Counted from the first letter of the stretch, positions 17,228-26,115 are shown. The stretch is 64,000 bases of DNA from Alphaproteobacteria bacterium SS10 (GCA_019192455.1 JAHCML010000005.1:50277-114276), one strand, 5' to 3'. Translations and numbers: made by a program. Notes: generated by a model not told the origin, from the sequence alone.

Positions 17228-17665
17228 ATGTCTGATTTGTCCAATATCGGTATTCACCGCGCGCTGCTGTTTCTGATGGTGGTCACCTCGGCCGCTGATG
17301 GCGATATGAGCGACCGTGAGATCTCTGCCATCGGTGAGAGCATTCGCCTGCTTCCCGTCTTCGCTGATTTCGATACCTCGCAAATTGGCCAGATCGCCAA
17401 TGAGTGCGTGGACATCCTGCAGGAAGAGGGTGGTTTGGATACCGTGCTTGGCCTGGCACGCGATGCCCTTAACCCATGGCGCCTGCGTGAGACGGCCTAC
17501 GCCCTGGCTTGCGAGATTTCAGCGATGGATGGCCCGCTCACCGATGAAGAGACGCGCCTGCTTGAGATCATTCGTATTGAGCTTGAGCTGGGTCGCCTAT
17601 CGGCCGCCGCGATTGAGCGTTGCGTTCGTGCCCGGCACACCACGCCAGAGAATGCCGGCGCCTAA
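17228..17665 (+). CDS. TerB-like (tellurite-resistance TerB family) protein
   Basis: Helical protein with ADGDMSDREISAIGE and MDGPLTDEETRLLEIIR repeats, typical of TerB-type domains. Start set at the ATG at 17228. Confidence 0.65.
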   Translation: MSDLSNIGIHRALLFLMVVTSAADGDMSDREISAIGESIRLLPVFADFDTSQIGQIANECVDILQEEGGLDTVLGLARDALNPWRLRETAYALACEISAMDGPLTDEETRLLEIIRIELELGRLSAAAIERCVRARHTTPENAGA

Positions 17666-17693
17666 TCGCCGGGTCTCGCTGCCACTTCTCAAT

Positions 17694-18311
17694 TCAGTTC
17701 TCGATAAAGTCTTTGCCACAGGCACGCCGTAAGCGGTCGAGATCAGCCCCCGCGTAGCTGCCGCCCGAGCGGCAAAGCGCTGCGAAGTCTTGCTTCGTGT
17801 AGCGTTTGGCCGCCCAGTGATCACCGCTGGGCGGGATGTCGTCATCACTGATCGCGCAATGTTCGGCGATGGCGGCGAACATCTCAACCGCCGCACCAAA
17901 GACCAGATCGCCCATGTTGTTGAGGTCTGGTTGCACTGGCAGGTCAAAGCGGCTCACCCGCAAAATGGCGCCGGTATCAACCTTTGGCGCCATTTCATGC
18001 GCGGTGATCCCATAAGCCGTTGCACCATCCCAGATCGCAAAGCTCTCTGGATAGCTGCCCGGGTATTCTGGTGGCCCTGGGTGAATGTTGTAAGCAGCGC
18101 TGGGCAGGGCATCCAAGATCGCCGCTGGCACGATAACGCCGGTCAGGAAGGCGATAATTCTAGTGCTATCCATCCGGCCTTCTAGCGCCCGTTCCATGCC
18201 CGCCCGATCCTGCGCATCCGAGACGGTCAGCGTTGGGTTGCGGGTGGTCAGGAAGGTCCGAAAGTGGGGGGCTTCCCGTTCACCGGTAAGGAGGAGGATA
18301 TGGCTCGGCAA
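17694..18311 (-). CDS. Formyltransferase-family protein (Fmt N-terminal-like domain)
   Basis: AYNIHPGPPEYPGSYP corresponds to the NxHxSLLPxxRG region and a later D in KVDTGAIL. TTG start. Confidence 0.7.
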   Translation of the reverse strand: MPSHILLLTGEREAPHFRTFLTTRNPTLTVSDAQDRAGMERALEGRMDSTRIIAFLTGVIVPAAILDALPSAAYNIHPGPPEYPGSYPESFAIWDGATAYGITAHEMAPKVDTGAILRVSRFDLPVQPDLNNMGDLVFGAAVEMFAAIAEHCAISDDDIPPSGDHWAAKRYTKQDFAALCRSGGSYAGADLDRLRRACGKDFIEN

Positions 18312-18412
18312 GGTCTGTCCCGGTTGAATGGTTTGGCGCTATCGGTAGGCTGGCGCGGCCAGGCCAATCTGGCAATATGCGGCTCACCGCATGCCGTAAT
18401 GGAGAAGATCAC

Positions 18413-18802
18413 ATGACCGAGAGACGACACATTTCATCAGGCTCAGAGTTTGAGGCAGCCATTGGCTACTCGCGGGCGGTGGTCGATGGTGATTGGGTTT
18501 TTGTCGCTGGCACCACCGGCTTTGATTATGCGGCCATGACCATCTCCGATGACGTGGTCGACCAGTGCGAACAGACCTGTAAAAATATCGAATCGGCCCT
18601 GAAACAAGCGGGTTGCAGCACCGACGATGCGGTCAGAGTTCGCTATATCTTGACCGATGCGGAATTGTTTGAGCCCTGTTGGCCAGTCCTCCGGCGGTAC
18701 TTTGGTACCGCAAGGCCCGCCGCCACAATGATCGTTGCTGGCCTGCAAGACCCTAGAATGAAAATAGAAATTGAGGTTACTGCCCGCCGTCAGGGCACTT
18801 GA
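18413..18802 (+). CDS. RidA/YjgF family protein
   Basis: YSRAVVDGDWVFVAGTTG, and IEIEVTA near the C-terminus. GGAGAAG SD before the ATG at 18413. Confidence 0.85.
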   Translation: MTERRHISSGSEFEAAIGYSRAVVDGDWVFVAGTTGFDYAAMTISDDVVDQCEQTCKNIESALKQAGCSTDDAVRVRYILTDAELFEPCWPVLRRYFGTARPAATMIVAGLQDPRMKIEIEVTARRQGT

Positions 18803-18862
18803 ACACCTCGTTTTTATCGCTGGTCAACGCTGCTTACGTGAGTATCGCTTTCGGGTGGCCGC

Positions 18863-20134
18863 TTGCGGTGGCCGCGAAGCGCCGTGTTATCCTGGCGCAA
18901 CAGTTCGACAAAGTGCAGGTATGTCGTGGCGTTCTTACTTAATGATTTGGGCGGTCAAATTGGTTTCGGGACTAACTTCCTGGAACGAAATGATGACGGG
19001 TCTACCCAGGCCATCGACATCACGCCGGTGTTTGAGAATGGCCTAGATCTCTTTGGCCAAGTTTATAATGAGATCTACGTTAACAATAACGGCTCGATCA
19101 CCTTTGACGCGCCGCGTTCAACCTTTACGCCGGATGCCATCACTGCGGTTAGCAACAACCCAGAGTTCACGCCATTCTTTGCGGATGTGGACACCCGTTT
19201 GCCGACGGGTGTTGGGGATGTTGGCCCGGGTACGGTTACGCCGACACCAGGCGGTAACTCCCAAGGAACCAACCTAGTCTGGTACGAGCTAGACACCAAT
19301 AGTGACCGGATTGTTGTCACCTGGGATGACGTTGGCTTCTTTAGCTCTGATATCTCACTACTGAACGCGTTTCAGCTCGTGGTGACCAAGGTTGGTGACC
19401 AGGATTTCAATATTGAATTCCGATATGAGGACATCAATTGGACCACCGGTGATGCGTCAGGTGGTGTTGATGGCCTGGGCGGCACAATTGCGCGGGCTGG
19501 CTATACCGCAGGTGATGGCGAAAATTTCTTCGAACTCCCCGCGTCTGGTGATCAATCTCAGATGCTGCTGCTTGAGCAATCACAGGGCAACACTGGCGTC
19601 GCTGGACTATGGCAGTTTGACTTCCGTGACGGTGAGGTTGTTGATCCGAGCGATCAATTCACTGGCGGCGGCGGTAGCGATGAAATTCGTGCCGGTGAGG
19701 GTAATGACACGATCTTTGGCCTGGCTGGCGAAGACGTGCTCTACGGTAACCAAGATGACGACGTGATCTATGGCAATCAGGATTATGACATCCTGTTTGG
19801 TGGCCGGGGTAATGATACGCTGTATGGCGGCCAGGATGGCGATATCCTGGTTGGTGGCGTTCAAAACGATGTCTTCTACGGTAACCAGGGGCCCGACACG
19901 ATGTTTGGCCAGGGCGGCGCCGATGTGTTCTTCATCGGCCCTGACATCGATCTGATCCCCGACTTCAATCCCGCGTTAGACCGTGTCGATGTCCTTGATG
20001 ATATTGGCCTGCCGGAGAAGTTTAACCTGCTGCGCCCCACTTTGGATGGCGACACCTTTGTCTTTTACAAGGGCGGCGGCGTGATTCTGCAGGGGCTCGC
20101 ATTTGAAGATGCGACGATCGATATCTTTTTGTAG
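18863..20134 (+). CDS. Secreted NIDO-domain protein with RTX (hemolysin-type Ca-binding) repeats
   Basis: NIDO-like signature: FGTNFLERNDDGSTQAIDITPVF...IYVNNNGSITFD...FFADVDTR...FRYEDINWTTGDASGG...GLWQFDF. It is followed by GGxGxD nonapeptides (GEGNDTIFG, GEDVLYGNQDDDVIYG...). The start is uncertain; a GTG at 18926 is possible. Confidence 0.8.
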   Translation: MRWPRSAVLSWRNSSTKCRYVVAFLLNDLGGQIGFGTNFLERNDDGSTQAIDITPVFENGLDLFGQVYNEIYVNNNGSITFDAPRSTFTPDAITAVSNNPEFTPFFADVDTRLPTGVGDVGPGTVTPTPGGNSQGTNLVWYELDTNSDRIVVTWDDVGFFSSDISLLNAFQLVVTKVGDQDFNIEFRYEDINWTTGDASGGVDGLGGTIARAGYTAGDGENFFELPASGDQSQMLLLEQSQGNTGVAGLWQFDFRDGEVVDPSDQFTGGGGSDEIRAGEGNDTIFGLAGEDVLYGNQDDDVIYGNQDYDILFGGRGNDTLYGGQDGDILVGGVQNDVFYGNQGPDTMFGQGGADVFFIGPDIDLIPDFNPALDRVDVLDDIGLPEKFNLLRPTLDGDTFVFYKGGGVILQGLAFEDATIDIFL

Positions 20135-20450
20135 CGATCCCATGGATCTGGATTGCCCGCTAACCGTGTTAGCCAGGCAAATCAGCTCGCTCACTAAAGC
20201 TCAGCTGTATCCCTGCCTCTCCAGGCCATTATTAGCCTGTTGAAATTTCATTGTTCTTTAATGATCCCCGGCGGGCCTGATCGTAAATCTTTCATCATCT
20301 GGTGCTACGGTTCATTCATCGGTCAATTTTGACCGTCAATCGCACTGTCCTGTGCGGTTTAGCGGATATTGGCAACCGCATCTGCGACCCAGCTTTTAGG
20401 GGTCTCCTGGTTGTCGGTAATGATGATGTTGAAAGCCCCCGGCTAGGTTT

Positions 20451-21740
20451 ATGCGTTCAATTGCAATCTCGGGTAAGCCCGAATTTCTAAAACCTGTCAG
20501 CGCTGCTGGCGGCACAGATTTTAAGCCACTTTTTGATCTCGACGGTGATTACGACCTCAAGACGGAACTGGCCCCGCATATCGCCAAGGCTAATGGCTAT
20601 GTCATCCTGCCTGGTGCTGATCCGCTGCTCACCACCTCGCTTTTCATCGATTACCAGTTCCAAGCACCGGCCGTTCGCGGCAAGCCTCTGGTCATTTATT
20701 CACCAGATGATGCGCCGAGCCCCTATATCGGTTTGATCCGAACTCTGCGTGACCGCGGCTTTGTCCATCAGCCGGAAAAACAGTTTTTCACCGTTGCCAA
20801 GACCCTCGATGAAATCCCAGCCAAGCTGGATGAGGGCATTTGGATGCCGGAGCTTAACCCGGCTGATGATCACGAGCATGATCCGGAATACATGGATCTG
20901 GTCGATGAGTTGAATGCCAAGGGTGCGGATAAGGTTCGCCCCAACCTGAACGTGGCGGTCTTTACCTCTGCCTCAACCAAAGATCCATCCATGCTGCAGC
21001 TGGCCCGTAAGACCGGGCAGCTATTGGCTGAGAATGGCTACGGCATGGTGTTTGGTGGCTCTAACGTCTCCATGATGGGGCAGGTCGCCGCTGGGGTTCA
21101 TGATCGCGATGGTTACGTCACCGGCGTCACCACCGGCCTATTCTTCGGCAAAGAGCTGAAGGTTGCCCAGAAAGACGAGATCAACATCGACAACATCCGC
21201 ATCGCGGATGACATCTATGACCGTATGGACGACATGATCCGGCAGTCAGACGCCCTTGTCGTTCTGCCCGGCGGCATTGGAACCGTTCAGGAAATGCTCG
21301 CCGTCATGCATATGCGGGAAAATGATCCCAGCCTGCATGGCCGCCCGGTCATTCTCTATAATGAAGAGGGCTTTTGGGACGATCTTCAGGATGTGCTGAA
21401 GGACTATGGCTATGAGCCTGGCAACCACTTCCATGTGGTGGATAATCAGCGCGATCTCGACAAGACCCTGGAGCGTACTATCGGCCGTGATAATGGCCCT
21501 GCCATCGACGCTACGGGTCAGCAGCCGCTGATCACTGGTGATGCTGATACGGAACGGCGCCTGTCTAGCTGGCGCCGCCGAAATGGCGGGGACACCCGGA
21601 ACACCGGAAGTCAGCGCCTTACCAGCGGGCCGGATCAACCGCGCCAGCAGGTAAATGGCCCAGACCAATCCGATGTGGATCGCCGACTGACCGATCGCCG
21701 CCGGGGTAACGATCGCCGTGACCCGAGGCCTGGTGGCTAA
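20451..21740 (+). CDS. LOG-family (TIGR00730-like) protein A: N-terminal degenerate half-LOG, full LOG domain, basic disordered tail
   Basis: VAVFTSAS, FGGSNVSMMG, IYDRM, LPGGIGTVQEMLAV and GRPVILYNEEGFWDDL align motif-for-motif with canonical LOG proteins. Confidence 0.75.
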   Translation: MRSIAISGKPEFLKPVSAAGGTDFKPLFDLDGDYDLKTELAPHIAKANGYVILPGADPLLTTSLFIDYQFQAPAVRGKPLVIYSPDDAPSPYIGLIRTLRDRGFVHQPEKQFFTVAKTLDEIPAKLDEGIWMPELNPADDHEHDPEYMDLVDELNAKGADKVRPNLNVAVFTSASTKDPSMLQLARKTGQLLAENGYGMVFGGSNVSMMGQVAAGVHDRDGYVTGVTTGLFFGKELKVAQKDEINIDNIRIADDIYDRMDDMIRQSDALVVLPGGIGTVQEMLAVMHMRENDPSLHGRPVILYNEEGFWDDLQDVLKDYGYEPGNHFHVVDNQRDLDKTLERTIGRDNGPAIDATGQQPLITGDADTERRLSSWRRRNGGDTRNTGSQRLTSGPDQPRQQVNGPDQSDVDRRLTDRRRGNDRRDPRPGG

Positions 21741-21743
21741 TTG

Positions 21744-22997
21744 ATGGCGAAGGTTCTGGTTTCGGGCAGCGCGCCCGCTGGTATTACAGCAAACCAATTG
21801 ACCGGTGACCGCCGTCACCGACTGCTAGGCGATCTGGCAGACGACTACGAATTCCATAAAGAGCTAGAGACACGCATGGAGACGGCGGACGCCTATGTCT
21901 TCATGCCCGATGCTGACCCTATGCTGGCCATGTCAGTCTTGGTGGCAAAGCGGATTGAGCCCGATCTCTATTGGGACAAGCCGGTCGTCTTTGTTGAAGA
22001 GAATGGCAAGCGGCATCCGCTGGCTCGCCTGTTTGAAGACATGTCGGCCCGTGGCTTGGCGAAAGAGAAACCGGATGAGGTGTTCCAACTCGCCAATGGT
22101 ATCGGCCAAGTGCGCGACGTTATCGGCGTCATTAATGAGGCAAAGCGGAAGCCGCCACCTCAACCAAAACCTGCTGGTGAGCCCGACTTCAAGCCACCAA
22201 CATCGGCACCGGGCGGCGCCCTTCATCTGCCCAATAGTGGCTGTAAACCCGAAGCGACTCTGCCCGATGTAACGATCGCGGTTTATTGCTCGGCCTCAAC
22301 TAAGGATGAGGCGGATATCGCGCTCGCAACCCGTACCGGCGATGAGATTGGCAAACGCGGCTGGGGCATGACCTATGGCGCGGGCAACGTCTCAATGATG
22401 GGGGCTGTTGCGCGTGGGGCGATTGCCCATGGCACCTGCGTCCACGGGGTTACCACCGAACAGGTCTGGCGCAACAACGGTGAGTTGGCGACTGACGACA
22501 AGAACCTACCGATGACCAGCCTGAGCCTTACCCAGGACATCTATGAGCGCATGTATCAGATGTTCATGCCGGAGCCGGACAAGCCGGTGAAAGGTGTGAT
22601 GGTCCTGCCGGGTGGTGCCGGGTCCAGCCAAGAAATGTTTGCGATGCTACAGCTTCGTAAGGCAGAGCCGCTGTTCAAGGATGTGCCGTTGGTGATCGTT
22701 AATCACAACGGAGCTTGGAACGAGCTGATCAAATCAGCGGAAGAATACGGCCTTAAAGCCGGTGCAGACTTCCACGTCTTTGATGATGAGCGGGAGGCGA
22801 TGCCGTTCCTGGATCGTGAAGTGGCCAAGCTTGATGCCCGCCCCGACTGGCCTTATCCGCCAGCGGCTGGCGATATCGATCAGGTTGCCAAACGCCTCGG
22901 TGGTTGGCGTTCAGACAAGCGCCCTGGCCAGGGTCCCGATATCGATGATGGTAGCGGTCCGAAGGGGCCGCGCGATGGTGGGCAGCCGGCGCCTTAG
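21744..22997 (+). CDS. LOG-family protein B (paralog of A, same architecture)
   Basis: IAVYCSAS, YGAGNVSMMG, IYERM, LPGGAGSSQEMFAM, VPLVIVNHNGAWNEL. The ATG lies 3 nt after the stop of gene A. Confidence 0.75.
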   Translation: MAKVLVSGSAPAGITANQLTGDRRHRLLGDLADDYEFHKELETRMETADAYVFMPDADPMLAMSVLVAKRIEPDLYWDKPVVFVEENGKRHPLARLFEDMSARGLAKEKPDEVFQLANGIGQVRDVIGVINEAKRKPPPQPKPAGEPDFKPPTSAPGGALHLPNSGCKPEATLPDVTIAVYCSASTKDEADIALATRTGDEIGKRGWGMTYGAGNVSMMGAVARGAIAHGTCVHGVTTEQVWRNNGELATDDKNLPMTSLSLTQDIYERMYQMFMPEPDKPVKGVMVLPGGAGSSQEMFAMLQLRKAEPLFKDVPLVIVNHNGAWNELIKSAEEYGLKAGADFHVFDDEREAMPFLDREVAKLDARPDWPYPPAAGDIDQVAKRLGGWRSDKRPGQGPDIDDGSGPKGPRDGGQPAP

Positions 22998-23030
22998 CGC
23001 CTTACCTTCACATAACCAACTTACACGTGA

Positions 23031-23924
23031 TTAGGGTATTTTCCGCCGTGGCGCCTGATCCGGGCCGCCCGGGTCATCGGAGTTGGCTGGTGGGCCAATC
23101 TGTGGCTTCGGCGGCTGGTACTCTGCGTCACCAGCTTTCAGCCGTGCTGCCTGTTCCTCAACCGGCTTGAAGTGGTCGGTTCTGGGGTCGGCCCATTTGA
23201 ACTTACCCTTGGCGGCTAGCTCTGGATCCGGATCGACCGTGACCAGGCGAACATCAACCGGTCCGCCCAAATCTTCCTCGCGCTTATCGAGGATTTCTTT
23301 GCCATCCATGATGTCCACCGCCCAATTGCGGGCAAAGCGATCATCCACATCCAGTGAGCTGGTGGTGGAGACAAAAGTGCTGATCCCAGTGCGTGAAATT
23401 TTACGGGCACATCGTGGACAGCTGGAGTGGGTCGCGTAAACGCCCAGATATTTGGTTGGAACCGGGGGCGTTTCGCCATTGTTCACCCGGCGCATAAAGT
23501 CGTCGAGCACCGTCTCCTCAGCATGGGCGATGTTCTTATCTTTGCGGTCCCGGTCCGCGCGCATCTCGTCATCGGTCATATGGATGCCGGAGGCGAAACT
23601 GTTGGCGGCCTTGCCTAGGATTTCACCGGTGCGGATATCGAACAGTACAGCGGCAACCTTGGTGGTCCGCTGCGAGCTGTAGGGCTGCATCTCTTGTGCC
23701 GCCGCGATAATCGCTTCCATGTTTGGGATTGGGTCGGTATCGCCACCGCCCTGGGCGCGCCAACGGGCCAGGTTCGCGCCAATGGCTGGCGTCGCATCGT
23801 CTGGTTTTGGTGGATCGCCGTCTGGGCGATCATCAAGTGGCGTGCTCATCTCTAATGTCGGCATCGGCACTGCGATGCTCAAGTCCTTCTCTCGAGGGCG
23901 CAAACCGCCCCTGGGACAACCCAT
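23031..23924 (-). CDS. CDA-fold (dCMP/cytidine deaminase-like) zinc deaminase with N- and C-terminal extensions
   Basis: HAEETV (H-A-E) and SSCPRCARKISRTGIS (CxxC) with spacing as in dCMP deaminase/ComEB. The start codon is uncertain (M1, M21 or M26). Confidence 0.7.
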   Translation of the reverse strand: MGCPRGGLRPREKDLSIAVPMPTLEMSTPLDDRPDGDPPKPDDATPAIGANLARWRAQGGGDTDPIPNMEAIIAAAQEMQPYSSQRTTKVAAVLFDIRTGEILGKAANSFASGIHMTDDEMRADRDRKDKNIAHAEETVLDDFMRRVNNGETPPVPTKYLGVYATHSSCPRCARKISRTGISTFVSTTSSLDVDDRFARNWAVDIMDGKEILDKREEDLGGPVDVRLVTVDPDPELAAKGKFKWADPRTDHFKPVEEQAARLKAGDAEYQPPKPQIGPPANSDDPGGPDQAPRRKIP

Positions 23925-23992
23925 AATAGCCTAAAAATGTTTCAAAATCATGTCGGTAGCCAAATACCGACGCTTCGAAACATCTGGCCCTA

Positions 23993-25456
23993 CTATTGGT
24001 GGGGGTTGCGAGAGAAAGTGGCAATCAGCTCAGTCTCTGGGGACCATTGGAATTGGTCAATAGGCTGAACCTGACCGATATGATAGCCGCCCTCGACCAG
24101 GATGCCGGCATCGCGGGCAAAGGTTACCGGGTTGCAGCTGATCATGATGATCAGTGGCACCTCCCGTTCGGCGAGGGCCGTCGCCTGCATTTGGCATCCG
24201 GCACGTGGTGGGTCGAGGATCACGGCTGCCGTGTCTTTCGGCAGATCATCTTCGAGTGGGTGTTGGAACAGGTCGCGCTGTTCAACCTTCACCCGGCTGG
24301 CAAAGCGTTGGCCAGCGGCGGCTTGTAGGGCCTGCAGCGCATCGCCATTACCATCAACCGCATGTACCCGGTGCCCGCGAACCGCCATGGGAATGGTGAA
24401 GGTGCCCATACCGGAAAACAGGTCGATGACGGGGGCATCAGTCTTCACGCCATACTGATCAAGTGCGCCTAGAAGATGCCTAATCAGCGCTGCTTGCCCT
24501 GCTGTCGTTGCCTGAATGAATCCACCTGGCGGTAGCGGGACCGGAATGCCTTCAACTGAGATGATCGGCTCGCGCCGGGCGATAACCGTTTCGGGCGGTG
24601 TCTGGTGATCTGGTCGCCAGGAGAGACGGGCCCAGTCATGCGCCTCGATGATGCTCGGCCAGTCCTGCCGCTCATCCAGTGACGGGCTGCGGCTGCGGGT
24701 CAGCACTAGATCCAGCCCGTTATCACAGCTGGTGATGTGAAGATCGGCGGCCTCACCCGACCAAAGCGTTGCCTTGGCAAAGGCGCGAATGTCCTCCAGC
24801 TGCCCGCTGATGGCCGGATCGGCCACCGGGCATTCGGCCAGATCAACGATCACCTTGCTGCGATGGCGATGGAGGCCTAGGCGCACATGGCTTCCATCAT
24901 TGCGCAGGGTAAACTCCATCCGCCGCCTGGCACCTGCATCTGCTGCAGCTGCGCCCCAGGCAGCCTCTGTCGGCTTTACCAGCTCAGGGTCGAGCCCTTT
25001 CTGGCTTAGGGCCTGGCGAAGGCGCTGGGCTTTGAAATCGCCAATGGCTTGTGGCGCTACATGCTGAAGGCGGCAACCGCCGCAATCACCAAAATGCTGG
25101 CAGGCCGCATCGACCCGATCACTCGACGGTTCCAACACCTCCATGATCCGCCCATCGGTGGGCTGATCCGGGTTGCGGGGGTCGATTAAAGGGTTAAAGC
25201 GGATTGTCTCACCGGGCAGGCAGCCTGGCACAAACACGGTGTTGCCATTGGCCGCCTCGCCATCTTTCAGCGGCTGAACGATGCCATCGCCGAAATCGCC
25301 CAGGCGTTCAACCACACCATCCATGGCATCACCATAGCGGGGACGGTATTTCTGTTTCGGACGGCCAAGCTTATCGCGGCCCTTGGTCCGTGCGCGGTCG
25401 GTTCGGGCATTGCGCCGACCGGCGTTATTGCCATGTTGGTTGTGGCGGCGGGGCAT
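23993..25456 (-). CDS. 23S rRNA (uracil-5-)-methyltransferase RumA/RlmD-like
   Basis: Fe-S motif CQHFGDCGGCRLQH, SAM motif DLFSGMGTF, ILDPPRAG, and catalytic ISCNP. The basic N-terminal extension may be over-called. Confidence 0.85.
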   Translation of the reverse strand: MPRRHNQHGNNAGRRNARTDRARTKGRDKLGRPKQKYRPRYGDAMDGVVERLGDFGDGIVQPLKDGEAANGNTVFVPGCLPGETIRFNPLIDPRNPDQPTDGRIMEVLEPSSDRVDAACQHFGDCGGCRLQHVAPQAIGDFKAQRLRQALSQKGLDPELVKPTEAAWGAAAADAGARRRMEFTLRNDGSHVRLGLHRHRSKVIVDLAECPVADPAISGQLEDIRAFAKATLWSGEAADLHITSCDNGLDLVLTRSRSPSLDERQDWPSIIEAHDWARLSWRPDHQTPPETVIARREPIISVEGIPVPLPPGGFIQATTAGQAALIRHLLGALDQYGVKTDAPVIDLFSGMGTFTIPMAVRGHRVHAVDGNGDALQALQAAAGQRFASRVKVEQRDLFQHPLEDDLPKDTAAVILDPPRAGCQMQATALAEREVPLIIMISCNPVTFARDAGILVEGGYHIGQVQPIDQFQWSPETELIATFSRNPHQ

Positions 25457-25575
25457 TGCTTATTCTTCTTCTTAATTGCGGCGCCGGTTGATGTAAGACG
25501 ACCGGCCTGATCGCATTGATCCAGCCGGTCGCTTTCCTGCCCGTTAAGGCAGCTATTCGTGACGTAGCGAGGTGC

Positions 25576-26115
25576 TTAGCGCGGCGCAAGCACCATGATC
25601 GCCTGACGCCCTTCCATCTTGGGCATCTGTTCCACTTTGGCAATCTCGTCCAAATCGCCGCGGATGCGGTTCAGCACATTAATGCCGAGATCCTGGTGGG
25701 CCATTTCGCGGCCGCGGAAGCGGAGCGTGACCTTCACCTTATCGCCGTCATCAATAAAGCGGCGGGCATTGCGCATCTTCACCTCATAATCATGGTCGTC
25801 GATGTTTGGACGAACCTTGATCTCTTTGACGTCGATGACTTTTTGCTTCTTCCGCGCTTCGTTTTGGCGCTTCTGTTGTTCGTAACGGTATTTACCGTAA
25901 TCGAGGACCTTGCACACGGGCGGGTCAGCCTGTCCGGCGACCTCCACCAAATCTAGGCCAGCCTCATCGGCGCGGCGTAGGGCTTCCTCGATATCGACGA
26001 CGCCCACCATCTCGCCATCGGCATCAACCAGGCGGACCTTAGGGACATCAATCAAATCATTAACCCGCGGGCCGTCATTGCGGACCGGGGCTTCTTGAAA
26101 ACGTGGTCTGCGGAT
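25576..26115 (-). CDS. infC: Translation initiation factor IF-3, with a predicted ATC (AUC) start
   Basis: Highly conserved IF-3 body ([27 protein letters not shown]...[10 protein letters not shown]). AGGAG lies 8 nt upstream of the in-frame ATC at 26113-26115, giving (M)[18 protein letters not shown] as in alphaproteobacterial IF-3. Confidence 0.9.
   Translation of the reverse strand: MRRPRFQEAPVRNDGPRVNDLIDVPKVRLVDADGEMVGVVDIEEALRRADEAGLDLVEVAGQADPPVCKVLDYGKYRYEQQKRQNEARKKQKVIDVKEIKVRPNIDDHDYEVKMRNARRFIDDGDKVKVTLRFRGREMAHQDLGINVLNRIRGDLDEIAKVEQMPKMEGRQAIMVLAPR

Noticed and set aside
20302-20490. 62-aa ORF upstream of and overlapping the LOG gene A start.
   Set aside because: It has no SD and a Cys/Arg-rich nonsense composition. 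It overlaps the better-supported gene start.
20451-22997. Assignment of the LOG paralogs to PpnN (YgdH) or to the Thoeris ThsA SLOG domain.
   Set aside because: As I recall it, PpnN has distinct N- and C-terminal flanking domains and a central LOG domain. ThsA has an N-terminal SIR2 domain. Neither architecture matches the half-LOG + LOG + tail arrangement here, and no TIR or SIR2 partner is present.
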